From contig JAYTOX010000055.1 in the NCBI GenBank assembly GCA_043747595.1, positions 1,254-65,253 of the forward strand: a stretch of DNA of 64,000 nt. The letters are read 5' to 3'. Position 1 is the stretch's first letter. Every line of letters starts with the position of its first letter. The translations under genes and the position numbers were made by a program. The notes beneath the pieces were generated by a model. The model saw only the letters and a list, made by a program, of their open reading frames with translations, did no database searches and was not told where the DNA came from. This document shows positions 19,696 through 28,908 of this stretch, piece after piece. Source of the DNA: Bacteroidota bacterium. Lineage in GTDB: Bacteria; Bacteroidota; Bacteroidia; AKYH767-A; 2013-40CM-41-45.

Positions 19696-19831
19696 ATATC
19701 ATTTTTTTGCCTGTATTAATCCAACGCAAAATTGAATTCTACTCAACTATTTTCAATTTTGTACTACTAAATGAACTAACAGCGATATCACTTCAATAGA
19801 ATTTGTTTTCTTTGTCTTAAATATTCAAACT

Positions 19832-21553
19832 ATGAATTTCAACCGTTTGCTCTTAACATCATTACTTGTCTTTTCAGAATTCATTACCTATGGACAGAAT
19901 TATCCGAAAAACTATTTTCACTGGCCATTAGATACACCTGTAACTATTATTGGAACTTTTGGCGAGATAAGAGATAATCATTTTCATTCGGGAATTGATT
20001 TGAGCACACAAGAGATGGAAGGTCGTCCGGTTACTGCTGCTGCAGAAGGATATATTTCGCGGATTAAAGTTGCCGACGATGGATTTGGAAAAGCACTATA
20101 CATTACTCATCCAAACGGCTTTGTAACGGTTTACGGACATCTTCAAAAATTTACTGCACCGGTAAATGAATACATTAGGAAGTTGCAATACGAAAAGCAA
20201 ATTTTTGAAGTAGATATTAATTTAAAGCCGAAAGATTTTGTAGTCAAGCAAGATGAAGTGATTGCTTATAGCGGACAAACCGGAGGTGCACAAGGGCCAC
20301 ATGTACATTTTGAAATTCGCGATGAAAAAACGGAAGAGCCGCTAAACCCGTTGCTGTTTGGACTAAAAGCCTTCGATGGAATTTCGCCGGAAATAAAATA
20401 CATTCGAATATATCCCACTCCAGAAGCAGGCATTGTAAACTTTACTGACTCATCTGTCTTATACGAGATTCAATCGTCGGATGGAATTTTAATGTTGAAT
20501 GCACTAGACAATCCTGTTGTTTACGGCTATATAAGTTTTGGAGTAGGAACAATCGATCACATTGATAATTCAACAGGAGAATTAGGTATTTATTCAGCCG
20601 AATTATCGGTCGATAACAAACCTGTTTACAGTTGGCAGTACGATCGATTTAATTTCAGCGATACAAAACAAGCTAATGCGCATATTGATTACACTAGTTA
20701 TATCCGCGACAGAAATACGATTGAACGATTTTACAAATTGCCCGGCAATCATTTAACTATTTATGGCGATCCACTTCAGTTAGGCACACAATATTTTGTA
20801 GAAGACGGACAGCACGATATTAAAATAGTAGTAAAAGATTTTAGCGGAAATAAATCGCAAATAGAATTTATTGTTCAAGTAAATACAGGGTTAAACAGTA
20901 AACCATACCAATCACATCCACAAGATGCGGTTTTGGTTACCAATGAAAAAGGAATAGCTATTCACAAATCGAATATTGATGTTGCTATTCCGACCGAAGC
21001 TGTTTACGAAGATTTTTATTATAGCGATCAAGAGATGAAAAGTCCGCAATATTTATCGAGCACCTATCGCATTGGCAGTTGGTATGAGCCATTAAATATG
21101 CCAATAAGTGTAGGAATAAAACCGGAAAAAGAAATTGCAGATTCCTTAAAATCGAAAGTGATTGTTGCCGAAGTTCAGCGTTATGGAAAGATGAAAGGCC
21201 GTGGCGGAGTTTGGATTGGGAAAATGGTAAGTGCGCAAGTATCAACATTTGGAGATTATACGTTGGTGTTGGATACGATTGCACCTGAGATTGAAAAACT
21301 ATATGTACCGGCCGATTTAAATTCGTACCGAGGCGGCGTCATTCAATTTAAAGTGACAGATAATTTATCGGCTATTAAATCGTACACCGGCAAAGTAGAT
21401 GGAAAGTGGATGTTGTTTGAATACGACAAGAAGAGCGATGAGTTAAGCTGCGATGTCAGTTCGATGGCGGTGAATAAGGAGCACAAAGTGGAATTGACAG
21501 TAAGTGATGAGCGCAACAATGTGAGAAAGTACGAATATGTGTTTTATTATTGA
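19832..21553 (+). CDS. M23-family metallopeptidase (peptidoglycan endopeptidase) with a large C-terminal extension
   Basis: The N-terminal M23 domain has the HxxxD motif (HFHSGID) and the HxH motif (GPHVHFE). It has a signal peptide and is 573 aa long. Confidence 0.85.
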   Translation: MNFNRLLLTSLLVFSEFITYGQNYPKNYFHWPLDTPVTIIGTFGEIRDNHFHSGIDLSTQEMEGRPVTAAAEGYISRIKVADDGFGKALYITHPNGFVTVYGHLQKFTAPVNEYIRKLQYEKQIFEVDINLKPKDFVVKQDEVIAYSGQTGGAQGPHVHFEIRDEKTEEPLNPLLFGLKAFDGISPEIKYIRIYPTPEAGIVNFTDSSVLYEIQSSDGILMLNALDNPVVYGYISFGVGTIDHIDNSTGELGIYSAELSVDNKPVYSWQYDRFNFSDTKQANAHIDYTSYIRDRNTIERFYKLPGNHLTIYGDPLQLGTQYFVEDGQHDIKIVVKDFSGNKSQIEFIVQVNTGLNSKPYQSHPQDAVLVTNEKGIAIHKSNIDVAIPTEAVYEDFYYSDQEMKSPQYLSSTYRIGSWYEPLNMPISVGIKPEKEIADSLKSKVIVAEVQRYGKMKGRGGVWIGKMVSAQVSTFGDYTLVLDTIAPEIEKLYVPADLNSYRGGVIQFKVTDNLSAIKSYTGKVDGKWMLFEYDKKSDELSCDVSSMAVNKEHKVELTVSDERNNVRKYEYVFYY

Positions 21554-21661
21554 AAAGGAGTAAAACCAAAAAAAGAGGAAATAAAGCAGTAGATTAGGTA
21601 GAGTGAGCGTATAAATAATGTATATCACTGATATCAATGTATTTAAAAAGGCAGTTTTTAT

Positions 21662-21691
21662 TTGCAGAAAAAAGACAACTTTCTATCTTTG
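21662..21691 (+). promoter_or_regulatory. Bacteroidota-type promoter for the tRNA cluster (-33 TTG, -7 TAtcTTTG)
   Basis: TTG is at 21662-21664 and TATCTTTG at 21684-21691. This is about 16 nt upstream of the mature tRNA-Ser 5' end. Confidence 0.5.
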
Positions 21692-21706
21692 CGACCCTTA
21701 CAATAA

Positions 21707-21793
21707 GGTGAGGTGCCTGAGTGGCCGAAAGGAACAGTTTGCTAAACTGTCGTACGGGAAACCGTACCGAGGGTTCGAATCCCTCCCTCACCG
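21707..21793 (+). tRNA. tRNA-Ser (anticodon GCT), class II with a long variable arm
   Basis: The acceptor GGTGAGG pairs with CCTCACC. The anticodon loop is tTGCTaa. It has a long variable arm and a T-loop GGTTCGAATCC. CCA is not encoded. Confidence 0.9.
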
Positions 21794-21852
21794 CACGTAT
21801 CTTTTGGAGGAAACAGATTAGAAATAAGGATTTCTAACAAATAATATTTATT

Positions 21853-21927
21853 CGGGGTGTAGCGTAGTCCGGTTATCGCGTATGGTTTGGGACCATAAGG
21901 TCGCAGGTTCGAATCCTGCCACCCCGA
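21853..21927 (+). tRNA. tRNA-Pro (anticodon TGG)
   Basis: The acceptor CGGGGTG pairs with CACCCCG. The anticodon stem-loop is tatgg-tTTGGGa-ccata. The T-loop is GGTTCGAATCC. Confidence 0.9.
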
Positions 21928-22028
21928 CAATTAGAGTGTAAGAGTAAGTGTTAGAGTAAGTAGTTTAAAGTAGCTTTTTGGCAAGATCACACTAACACAC
22001 TCAAAGTTCACACTCCAACTAACCTTCA

Positions 22029-22102
22029 GATTCCGTAGCTCAATTGGATAGAGCAACTGCCTTCTAAGCAGTAGGTTGTGGGTTCGATCCCCGCCGGGAT
22101 CA
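22029..22102 (+). tRNA. tRNA-Arg (anticodon TCT)
   Basis: The acceptor GATTCCG pairs with CGGGATC. The anticodon stem-loop is actgc-cTTCTAa-gcagt. The T-loop is GGTTCGATCC. Confidence 0.9.
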
Positions 22103-22186
22103 CTTAATTTTCAGACACTTACAAGGTTTTCAAAGTTAACTTTTTAGGGGTGTGCATACAATTTGCATACAGATTATAGTTATTTC

Positions 22187-22855
22187 TTATTCTTCTGAAT
22201 TAAATTTTTTCCAACTATTAATGTCATCAAAATCGAAATTACTTGGTAGCCCTTCCGCCCAAAATTGAAGATTGTTTGGGTGAGCCACTAGCGCTTTATT
22301 TTTCCAAAGCGGGACATTGTAAAGTGCACAAAGTGCTACACTCTGCTCATAACTGCTAGCAAATTGAGTAGATTTTAAATATGAAAGAGGATATGTCATG
22401 AAATTAATTTGAGGGTCAATAAAGAGTTTAGCACTATATTTCTTTTTGTTACTTGTGTAAATATTTATAAAAAGTTCAGGCAACAAATAGTGATCAAAAG
22501 CTGATTCGATTTGTTCAAACTTTACTTCCCTCTTAGCTAATGAAATTGTCAAAACATCACTTTGCATGAGCTTTCTATTAGGCTCAAAAGGGATATCAAT
22601 CAATTCAGTTTGATGTTTGGGAGATACGCCTACTGCTAAAGAATACTTGGATAGAGTCACAGGTGTAATAGAATTATTGCAAATTGAAACTTTAAAATCC
22701 TCGAAATTTTTTTCAATTGAAGCAATTAAAATAACTTCAACTTTACTCTCTCTTCTATATTTATTTACTGCTAAAATTGCTAAGAGAGTTGATAATACTG
22801 ACCCCCATAATGAGAGAATTAGTTGAAATGAAATGAATGAAAGAATTTTAATCAT
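22187..22855 (-). CDS. Hypothetical membrane-anchored protein
   Basis: The 222-aa product has one N-terminal transmembrane helix. No family recognised. Its stop is 84 bp from the tRNA-Arg 3' end. Confidence 0.5.
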   Translation of the reverse strand: MIKILSFISFQLILSLWGSVLSTLLAILAVNKYRRESKVEVILIASIEKNFEDFKVSICNNSITPVTLSKYSLAVGVSPKHQTELIDIPFEPNRKLMQSDVLTISLAKREVKFEQIESAFDHYLLPELFINIYTSNKKKYSAKLFIDPQINFMTYPLSYLKSTQFASSYEQSVALCALYNVPLWKNKALVAHPNNLQFWAEGLPSNFDFDDINSWKKFNSEE

Positions 22856-22976
22856 ATTTCAGCTAAAAAGAATTTTCTTTGGCACCTAAAATACATTAAA
22901 GCGTAACAATATCAAAATAATGTTAACCAAAATACCTGATAAAATTAAAACTTTTCGAGTTAAATTTAAATCAATT

Positions 22977-23440
22977 CTCCGCTTCGACTGAAATTCTTCC
23001 GTTGCTTTAAAAGCAGAATAGATTCAATCTTTTACAAAACCTTTAAATCCCGCCGCGGACATTCGTCCGCAATTAATAGCTAACGCTTTTCTTTTCTCGA
23101 TCGTCGAATTACGACCGTCGATTTTCAAATTACGATTCCGCTTCGACGGACATTCGTCCGTTGTATTAAAAGCTCGAACAATTCAATCTTTTACAAAATT
23201 TGTAAATCCCGCCGCGGACATTCGTCCGCAATTAATAGCTCAACGCATTTCTATTCTCGATCGTCGAATTACAACTCTCGATTTACAATAGTAGAGCGGA
23301 ATGACGTTCGGAATTAATAGTCATTCTTCAAAAAAGTAGCATCCGCCTCTCTGAACATTCCGCTCAGCCCCAGGTTTATTCTCGATCGTCAAATTACGAA
23401 TTACCACCTTCAACTTTCGAATCTCAAATTACGAATTACA
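22977..23440. repeat. Repeat-rich intergenic element: about 160-bp tandem duplication (22977-23135 and 23136-23295) plus a partial third copy, each carrying GC-hairpins and a shared ttctcgatcgtcgaattac tail
   Basis: Direct reading shows gcggacATTCgtccgc hairpins at about 23055-23070, 23147-23160 and 23213-23229. A 10-bp inverted repeat gagcggaatg (23294) / cattccgctc (23356) is also present. The motif aaattacgaattac occurs twice at 23380-23440. Confidence 0.75.
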
Positions 23441-23452
23441 AATTACTACCTT

Positions 23453-24145
23453 CTACGCTTTGAATATTTTTAAAAATGCTTCTTCGTAGTTTCCTCCTAT
23501 CGGAATTTCTTTATCGGCTATATAAATAATTTTATTCCTTACCTGAGAAATTCGTTTCAATGGAATAATAAACGAACGATGCACGCGAACAAAATCGATC
23601 GAAGGTAATTTTTCTGTCATTGCTTTCATCGTCATTCGTGCAACGATAATTTTTTCATTGTCTAAATAAATTTTTAAATAATCATCCAAACTTTCAATCA
23701 AAACTATATCAGCCAGATTTACTTTAATCAAACTATAATCGGCTCTGATGTATAATGATTGAGGAATAGTTCCCGGCAGCTGTCGGCTATACGAATAATA
23801 ATCGGCGGCCTTCTTCGTAGCTTGTTCAAACCTTTCCAACGTAAAGGGCTTCAATAAATAATCAATCGCACTCAAATTAAATCCTTCAACCGCATATTCA
23901 CTATGAGCCGTGGTAAAAATTACCATCGTATCTTGTTCAAGCGATTTATAAAAATCAATTCCACTGATCGTCGGCATATTAATATCCAAAAAAATTAAAT
24001 CGACCGGAAATTTCTTTAAATATTTCAGCGCTTCTTTCGGTGAAGTAAACGTTTTTTCAAGCTCAATGCTTTCTGAATTCAAGCAGAAATTTTCTATCAC
24101 CTTTAATGCAGGTGGCTCATCGTCTATAGCAATTGCTTTTATCAT
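23453..24145 (-). CDS. LytTR-family two-component response regulator
   Basis: The receiver domain has DDEP...D...K residues in the N-terminus and a LytTR DNA-binding C-terminus. It overlaps the upstream kinase gene (ATGA). Confidence 0.85.
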   Translation of the reverse strand: MIKAIAIDDEPPALKVIENFCLNSESIELEKTFTSPKEALKYLKKFPVDLIFLDINMPTISGIDFYKSLEQDTMVIFTTAHSEYAVEGFNLSAIDYLLKPFTLERFEQATKKAADYYSYSRQLPGTIPQSLYIRADYSLIKVNLADIVLIESLDDYLKIYLDNEKIIVARMTMKAMTEKLPSIDFVRVHRSFIIPLKRISQVRNKIIYIADKEIPIGGNYEEAFLKIFKA

Positions 24146-25275
24146 ACGAGTTCTATTCTTAATTGTACTTTATACTCTTTCTCCCCATCGTCCATCGTCA
24201 ATGTATATTTATTCGGATAAATCAACTTCAATCTGTTAATTGTATTTTCAACACCAACTTTACTGCTTTCTTCATCTTGAATAAATAAATCTACTTTTTT
24301 ATTTGAAACTTCCATTACAATACTGTTTTGTTCCACTTGAAACTTAATGTTAATCACAGATTGCTTATCAGGATTAACACCATATTTAAATGCATTTTCT
24401 ATAAAGGAAATAAACAGCAAAGGAGAAATCCGTTTTCCAGCCTTTTCACCTACCACTTGAAAATTAACTTCGGCAGTATCTCCTAATCTGATTTTTTGAA
24501 GATCAACATAATCACGAATGTAATTAATCTCTTTGTCGAGCCCAACAAAATCGCTTGAAGCATCGGTGATCACATACCTCATCATCCCCGAAAGCTTAAC
24601 AACAGCCGTTGGAGTATAATCCGATTTTTCTAGCGCAAGCGAATAAATACTATTTAAGGTATTAAAAAGAAAGTGTGGATTAATTTGGGCTTTTAGATAT
24701 GACAATTCCGAACTTATTTTTTCTTGCTCCGCTAACTGCCATCTATTCTTCATTTTCATTAAAAGTGAAAGTAGAATGATCAACAAAAACATAAATAAAT
24801 TTCCTCTTACATCAAAAAAGAAATGGTGCCCGCCAAGTCGAGTTAACCAACCATTGTTTTCATCATAATCATGGTGCTCTTCTCTCTGCATATTTATTGA
24901 TAAGCTATCACCCGCAGCTCTAAATTGTGCCTCTTCGTGTTTTTCAATCACTTCGTGTCTTTCATGCATATCATGTTTTTTGAATTGATTATTCAAAACA
25001 ATGCGAGGAAGAAAAACTATAAGCAGAGAAAACAAAATGCAAATAAAAATATAGAGTCCAATTTTTTTCTTAAAATAATATTTATCGAGTAAGAAAAAGA
25101 AATTGAGATAGAAAAAAATGATCATCATTCCATAAGAAGTCAGATCCAACAAAGTATGCGGATTATCAGCACGTTCAAGTGAAAGTCTAGAACCTGGGGC
25201 TAACAAAAACGGAATCGTCAGAAAAGCGATCCAACCAATTACATGAATAATAAATCGCAACGATTTTTGCGGCAT
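24142..25275 (-). CDS. Sensor histidine kinase (LytS/His_kinase PF06580 type)
   Basis: N-terminal transmembrane helices are followed by the His_kinase motif region with the phospho-acceptor H in QINPHFLFNTLNSI, then an HATPase-like C-terminus. Confidence 0.8.
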   Translation of the reverse strand: MPQKSLRFIIHVIGWIAFLTIPFLLAPGSRLSLERADNPHTLLDLTSYGMMIIFFYLNFFFLLDKYYFKKKIGLYIFICILFSLLIVFLPRIVLNNQFKKHDMHERHEVIEKHEEAQFRAAGDSLSINMQREEHHDYDENNGWLTRLGGHHFFFDVRGNLFMFLLIILLSLLMKMKNRWQLAEQEKISSELSYLKAQINPHFLFNTLNSIYSLALEKSDYTPTAVVKLSGMMRYVITDASSDFVGLDKEINYIRDYVDLQKIRLGDTAEVNFQVVGEKAGKRISPLLFISFIENAFKYGVNPDKQSVINIKFQVEQNSIVMEVSNKKVDLFIQDEESSKVGVENTINRLKLIYPNKYTLTMDDGEKEYKVQLRIELV

Positions 25276-25433
25276 AGCTCTTTCTTAAGGATGTTACAAA
25301 AAAACACTATTCTCCCATTTGTCAAAATCAAATGCGACAATAACACATTATTCGAAGGTAAAGAATAAACTCTTTGATCTATCAAGCAGTTTATTCTTCA
25401 CTCTCCCGTAATTCCTTTGGCAATTGGATAAAA

Positions 25434-26651
25434 TTAGAAGCTGAAACCTAGTCCTAAGTTAATAAATGAATTACTCGATTTATACGGAGGAAGCTCCGAA
25501 TCGGGAGGTCCGGCTAATTCAGGATTTGGCATCCCTGAATTTTTTATTCTTACATCAAATTTAAAGACAACATTATTTAATGGCAAATAAGTTAAACCAA
25601 TAATTAAATGTTGTTGATCGAGTGTTGGATCTTTAAATGCATTGTCAGGTATATCTGCATTTAAATCCAATTTTTCAAAACGCACAAAGCCGATTAAATG
25701 AGCCGAATTATTTTGTTCTTTCGACCTACAAATTACATAAGCAGCTTCCACAAAACCACCATAAGCCAAGGCCGCAGTATTATTCAAGTATGCACGGTTT
25801 ATAGATGCTGCTTTAGGTATTGAAATCGTACTTGCTAGCGCCTTCAATGAAAAGTTTTTTGTTGTATAGCGAAAATCGGCTTCCAACAACCCTACTGCAC
25901 TTCCAAAAATTCCGGATTCTAGTTGCAACTTGTTTGCTTCTCGTTTCGAAAGTCCGACACTACCTCCATAATAACCACTCACCTGAAATTTTACTTTTTT
26001 ATATGCATACTCAATAGCTCCGGTAACAGCTAAATTATTTCCTGTAGCATCACGACCTTCAAATCTTCCTCCTCTAATACCGGTACCATGTTCAAATTTT
26101 GCCGAGTTCAATCCATTCATTAATGAGAAAGAATAAGAAACAGGAACTTTAGAAAATTCACCAATGTAACTCACGCCTAATTCTCTCCAAGTAGAGGGAA
26201 TCACAATCGTTTCTACAATGCTTCTTTCATTGCCATTGAAATTTTCAGGCAAATGATTTTGATTTAACAATCCAATTTGCGGAATGAACAAACCAAACTT
26301 CCAATAATGTGAAGCGTCCACATTGTATTGAATGTAACATTGCTCTAACGCAACTTCACCACCTTCTTCTCCTCCACTCACTTTAGCATCTTCAACTTCC
26401 AATTCACTGAAGAAAGAAAATTTCTTGTTGAATTTATGACCTGTAAATAATACAAACCGTTCGAAATTCATCTTGGCCTTCTCTTCATTATTGTCGCGCT
26501 GGAAATAAGCATTTCCATAGCCACCAATAGTTGTATGACTTAGAATAGTGTCGACAGACAGTTTAGTCTCAGCAGAAGAAGTAGTTGTTTGTGCTAAAGC
26601 TGATAAATAAATACACGATGCGAGGGCAGTCGATAATAGAAGCTTGTTCAT
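25434..26651 (-). CDS. Outer-membrane porin (phosphate-selective porin O/P-like)
   Basis: The signal peptide MNKLLLSTALA... begins at an internal Met. The ORF-track start at 26693 lacks a signal peptide, so 26651 is the likely start. The product has beta-barrel character and ends in an aromatic residue (F). Confidence 0.6.
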   Translation of the reverse strand: MNKLLLSTALASCIYLSALAQTTTSSAETKLSVDTILSHTTIGGYGNAYFQRDNNEEKAKMNFERFVLFTGHKFNKKFSFFSELEVEDAKVSGGEEGGEVALEQCYIQYNVDASHYWKFGLFIPQIGLLNQNHLPENFNGNERSIVETIVIPSTWRELGVSYIGEFSKVPVSYSFSLMNGLNSAKFEHGTGIRGGRFEGRDATGNNLAVTGAIEYAYKKVKFQVSGYYGGSVGLSKREANKLQLESGIFGSAVGLLEADFRYTTKNFSLKALASTISIPKAASINRAYLNNTAALAYGGFVEAAYVICRSKEQNNSAHLIGFVRFEKLDLNADIPDNAFKDPTLDQQHLIIGLTYLPLNNVVFKFDVRIKNSGMPNPELAGPPDSELPPYKSSNSFINLGLGFSF

Positions 26652-27000
26652 TTTTTTGGAATTGAATCGTATTAATTTTTGGCAAAAGTGCATGTTATTT
26701 AGATTAATTCCAAATAAGGACTAATTTGATAAAAACCGTCTTATGTTTCTAATAATCATTGTTTTATAAATACAAACCTTGAAATTGAGCATGAAAATAT
26801 TAATGATTTTTATCACTTTTCTCAAAATTAGCTGCATTTCGGCCTCTTGAATCGCTCAGATAATGTCTGGGCTTGTGAATGGTTCATCACTTTAAAACTA
26901 ATACGATTTAAAAAATCACCTACGATTTCTTCCCTTTCCAATAACTTCTCTCATGGTGTAATGAATTTTCATTTAATTTGTATGCCCAACAAAAAACAAA

Positions 27001-28845
27001 TTGAAACAGATCATTTTTATTTGCATCGTTCTACTTATGAATGCTTGTCATGATCCACAACATAGAAATTCCTCTGTTACATCATCAACATTTTTAAAAC
27101 TTCCGGATGCAACTCAAACCGAAAGTAATTGGTCTACTGAAAATACTTTAATTGTTCACGCTATTTCAGAACCCGACAACCTGCATCCTACCAATGGAAA
27201 TTCAGCTCCACGTAGCGAACTCTTGCTACTTACACAACGATCTCTATTATATTCCGATTACGAAAACGCTTCGATGGTACCCGGACTCTCAAGACAGCTT
27301 CCGCTGGAATCGGCCGATGGACTTCAGTATGAATATATATTGAAACATGGCCCAATTTGGGACGATGGAAATACATTGACGAGAGAAGATGTACTTTTTA
27401 CAGCAAAGGTTTTTTCTTGCCCGTTAGTTAATGATCCAATGGTAAAAACATATTGGAATAATTTGAAGGACATTGTTTTCGATGCTTCAGATACAATGAA
27501 ATTCACGTGTATCATGAACAATAAAAATATTCAAAATAAATTTTGGTTTGGCTCCTTTCCTATTCTTGAAAAGAAATTTCATGATCCATTAAATGTACTT
27601 TCAAAATATAAACTTAGCGATTTCAGTGATACTACAATTAACTTGAAAAAGTATCCGGAATTAGTAAAATGGGCAAATGATTTTAACGACGATTCGAATG
27701 GAAGAGAGTTAGCTAAACTGAATGGACTAGGAATGTATAAAGTGACGAAGTGGGAAAATGGACAGTATTTAACGTTAGAAAAAAAGAAAAATCACTGGAC
27801 CGATAAGTCGACCGATTACCATGAACGATCTTTTCCGGAAAAAATAATTTTAAAAATAAACAAAGACGACCAAACGCAACAGTTAGAATTTAAAAATCAG
27901 AATTATGATTTAACAACAAACATTTCTGTGAATTCATTTTTAGCACTAACTCAAGATAAAGAAATTGCAAAAAATTATGACAGTAACATGTCGCCAACAT
28001 TTAATTACACTTATATCGGATTAAACGAACGGCCTGAAAATAGTGAAACACATTCTTTTTTTCTCGACTTAAAAACAAGACAAGCAATTACTAAATTAAT
28101 TGATGTCTCAAAATTTACACGATTGGTTTATAACAATTATGCTCCCCAATGTAAAAGAATGGTAAGTAATGTTTCGCCGTTCAAAAAAGAATTCAACGAA
28201 GCGCTAAAGCCGGTAGAAGTAAATATTGAAAGTGCTAAAAAACTATTAATGGAAAGTGGCTGGAGCGATAAAGATAGAAATGGCGTATTGGAAAAAAATG
28301 TGAATGGGAAAATTGTAGAATTCAGAGTACAGCTAAACTACTTAAACACTTCACCCGATTGGCGAGATATGGCCTTTTTAGTAACCGAAGAATTAAAAAA
28401 AGTAGCGATTGTAGTTGACCCAGTTCCAATGGAATTGAAATTATTTTTGGAGAAAGCCAGAAATCATGATTTTGATATGATGATGGGAAGTTGGGCAGCA
28501 ACAGCCTTACCAGAAGATTTTACTCAGCTTTGGCATACAAAATCGTGGACAAGTCACGGATCTAACTATTGTGGATTCGGGAATGCGGAATCAGACAAAT
28601 TAATAGAAGCAATTAAAAGTGAAATAGATTTGACAAAACGGATGGAGCTTTCAAAACAGTTGCAAAAAATCATTTACGACGATCAACCATTTATTTTCTT
28701 GTACTCATCGTTAAAACGATCGATCGTACATAAGCGATTCGGCAATCGATATTTGTTTGCCGATCGACCCGGAATATTACTTAATCCACTTCGACTATTG
28801 TCAATAAACCCTGTTATAACTCTTTCCAATGGAGTAAGTCCTTAA
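27001..28845 (+). CDS. ABC transporter substrate-binding protein (family 5, oligopeptide/dipeptide type), lipoprotein
   Basis: The lipobox-like N-terminus LLMNAC is followed by a 614-aa SBP_bac_5-like product. Confidence 0.75.
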   Translation: MKQIIFICIVLLMNACHDPQHRNSSVTSSTFLKLPDATQTESNWSTENTLIVHAISEPDNLHPTNGNSAPRSELLLLTQRSLLYSDYENASMVPGLSRQLPLESADGLQYEYILKHGPIWDDGNTLTREDVLFTAKVFSCPLVNDPMVKTYWNNLKDIVFDASDTMKFTCIMNNKNIQNKFWFGSFPILEKKFHDPLNVLSKYKLSDFSDTTINLKKYPELVKWANDFNDDSNGRELAKLNGLGMYKVTKWENGQYLTLEKKKNHWTDKSTDYHERSFPEKIILKINKDDQTQQLEFKNQNYDLTTNISVNSFLALTQDKEIAKNYDSNMSPTFNYTYIGLNERPENSETHSFFLDLKTRQAITKLIDVSKFTRLVYNNYAPQCKRMVSNVSPFKKEFNEALKPVEVNIESAKKLLMESGWSDKDRNGVLEKNVNGKIVEFRVQLNYLNTSPDWRDMAFLVTEELKKVAIVVDPVPMELKLFLEKARNHDFDMMMGSWAATALPEDFTQLWHTKSWTSHGSNYCGFGNAESDKLIEAIKSEIDLTKRMELSKQLQKIIYDDQPFIFLYSSLKRSIVHKRFGNRYLFADRPGILLNPLRLLSINPVITLSNGVSP

Positions 28846-28908
28846 GTTAGGAAAGAGTATTTTAGAGTCGTTGAATAGAATCAAGAACTATTCGATTACC
28901 AAACAGAG

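Noticed and set aside
19554-19799. 81-aa ORF in the ORF-free region
   Set aside because: It runs straight through a strong terminator hairpin, has no ribosome-binding context, and its composition is unremarkable. A non-coding element is more likely.
21594-21930. Short ORFs overlapping tRNA-Ser and tRNA-Pro (21594-21791 -, 21618-21821 +, 21742-21930 -)
   Set aside because: They overlap the structured tRNA genes and are non-coding.
22977-23440. Possible CRISPR array or prophage att site next to the tRNA cluster
   Set aside because: The repeats are long compound units of about 160 bp containing hairpins, not repeat-spacer alternation. No integrase or duplicated tRNA 3' end was found.
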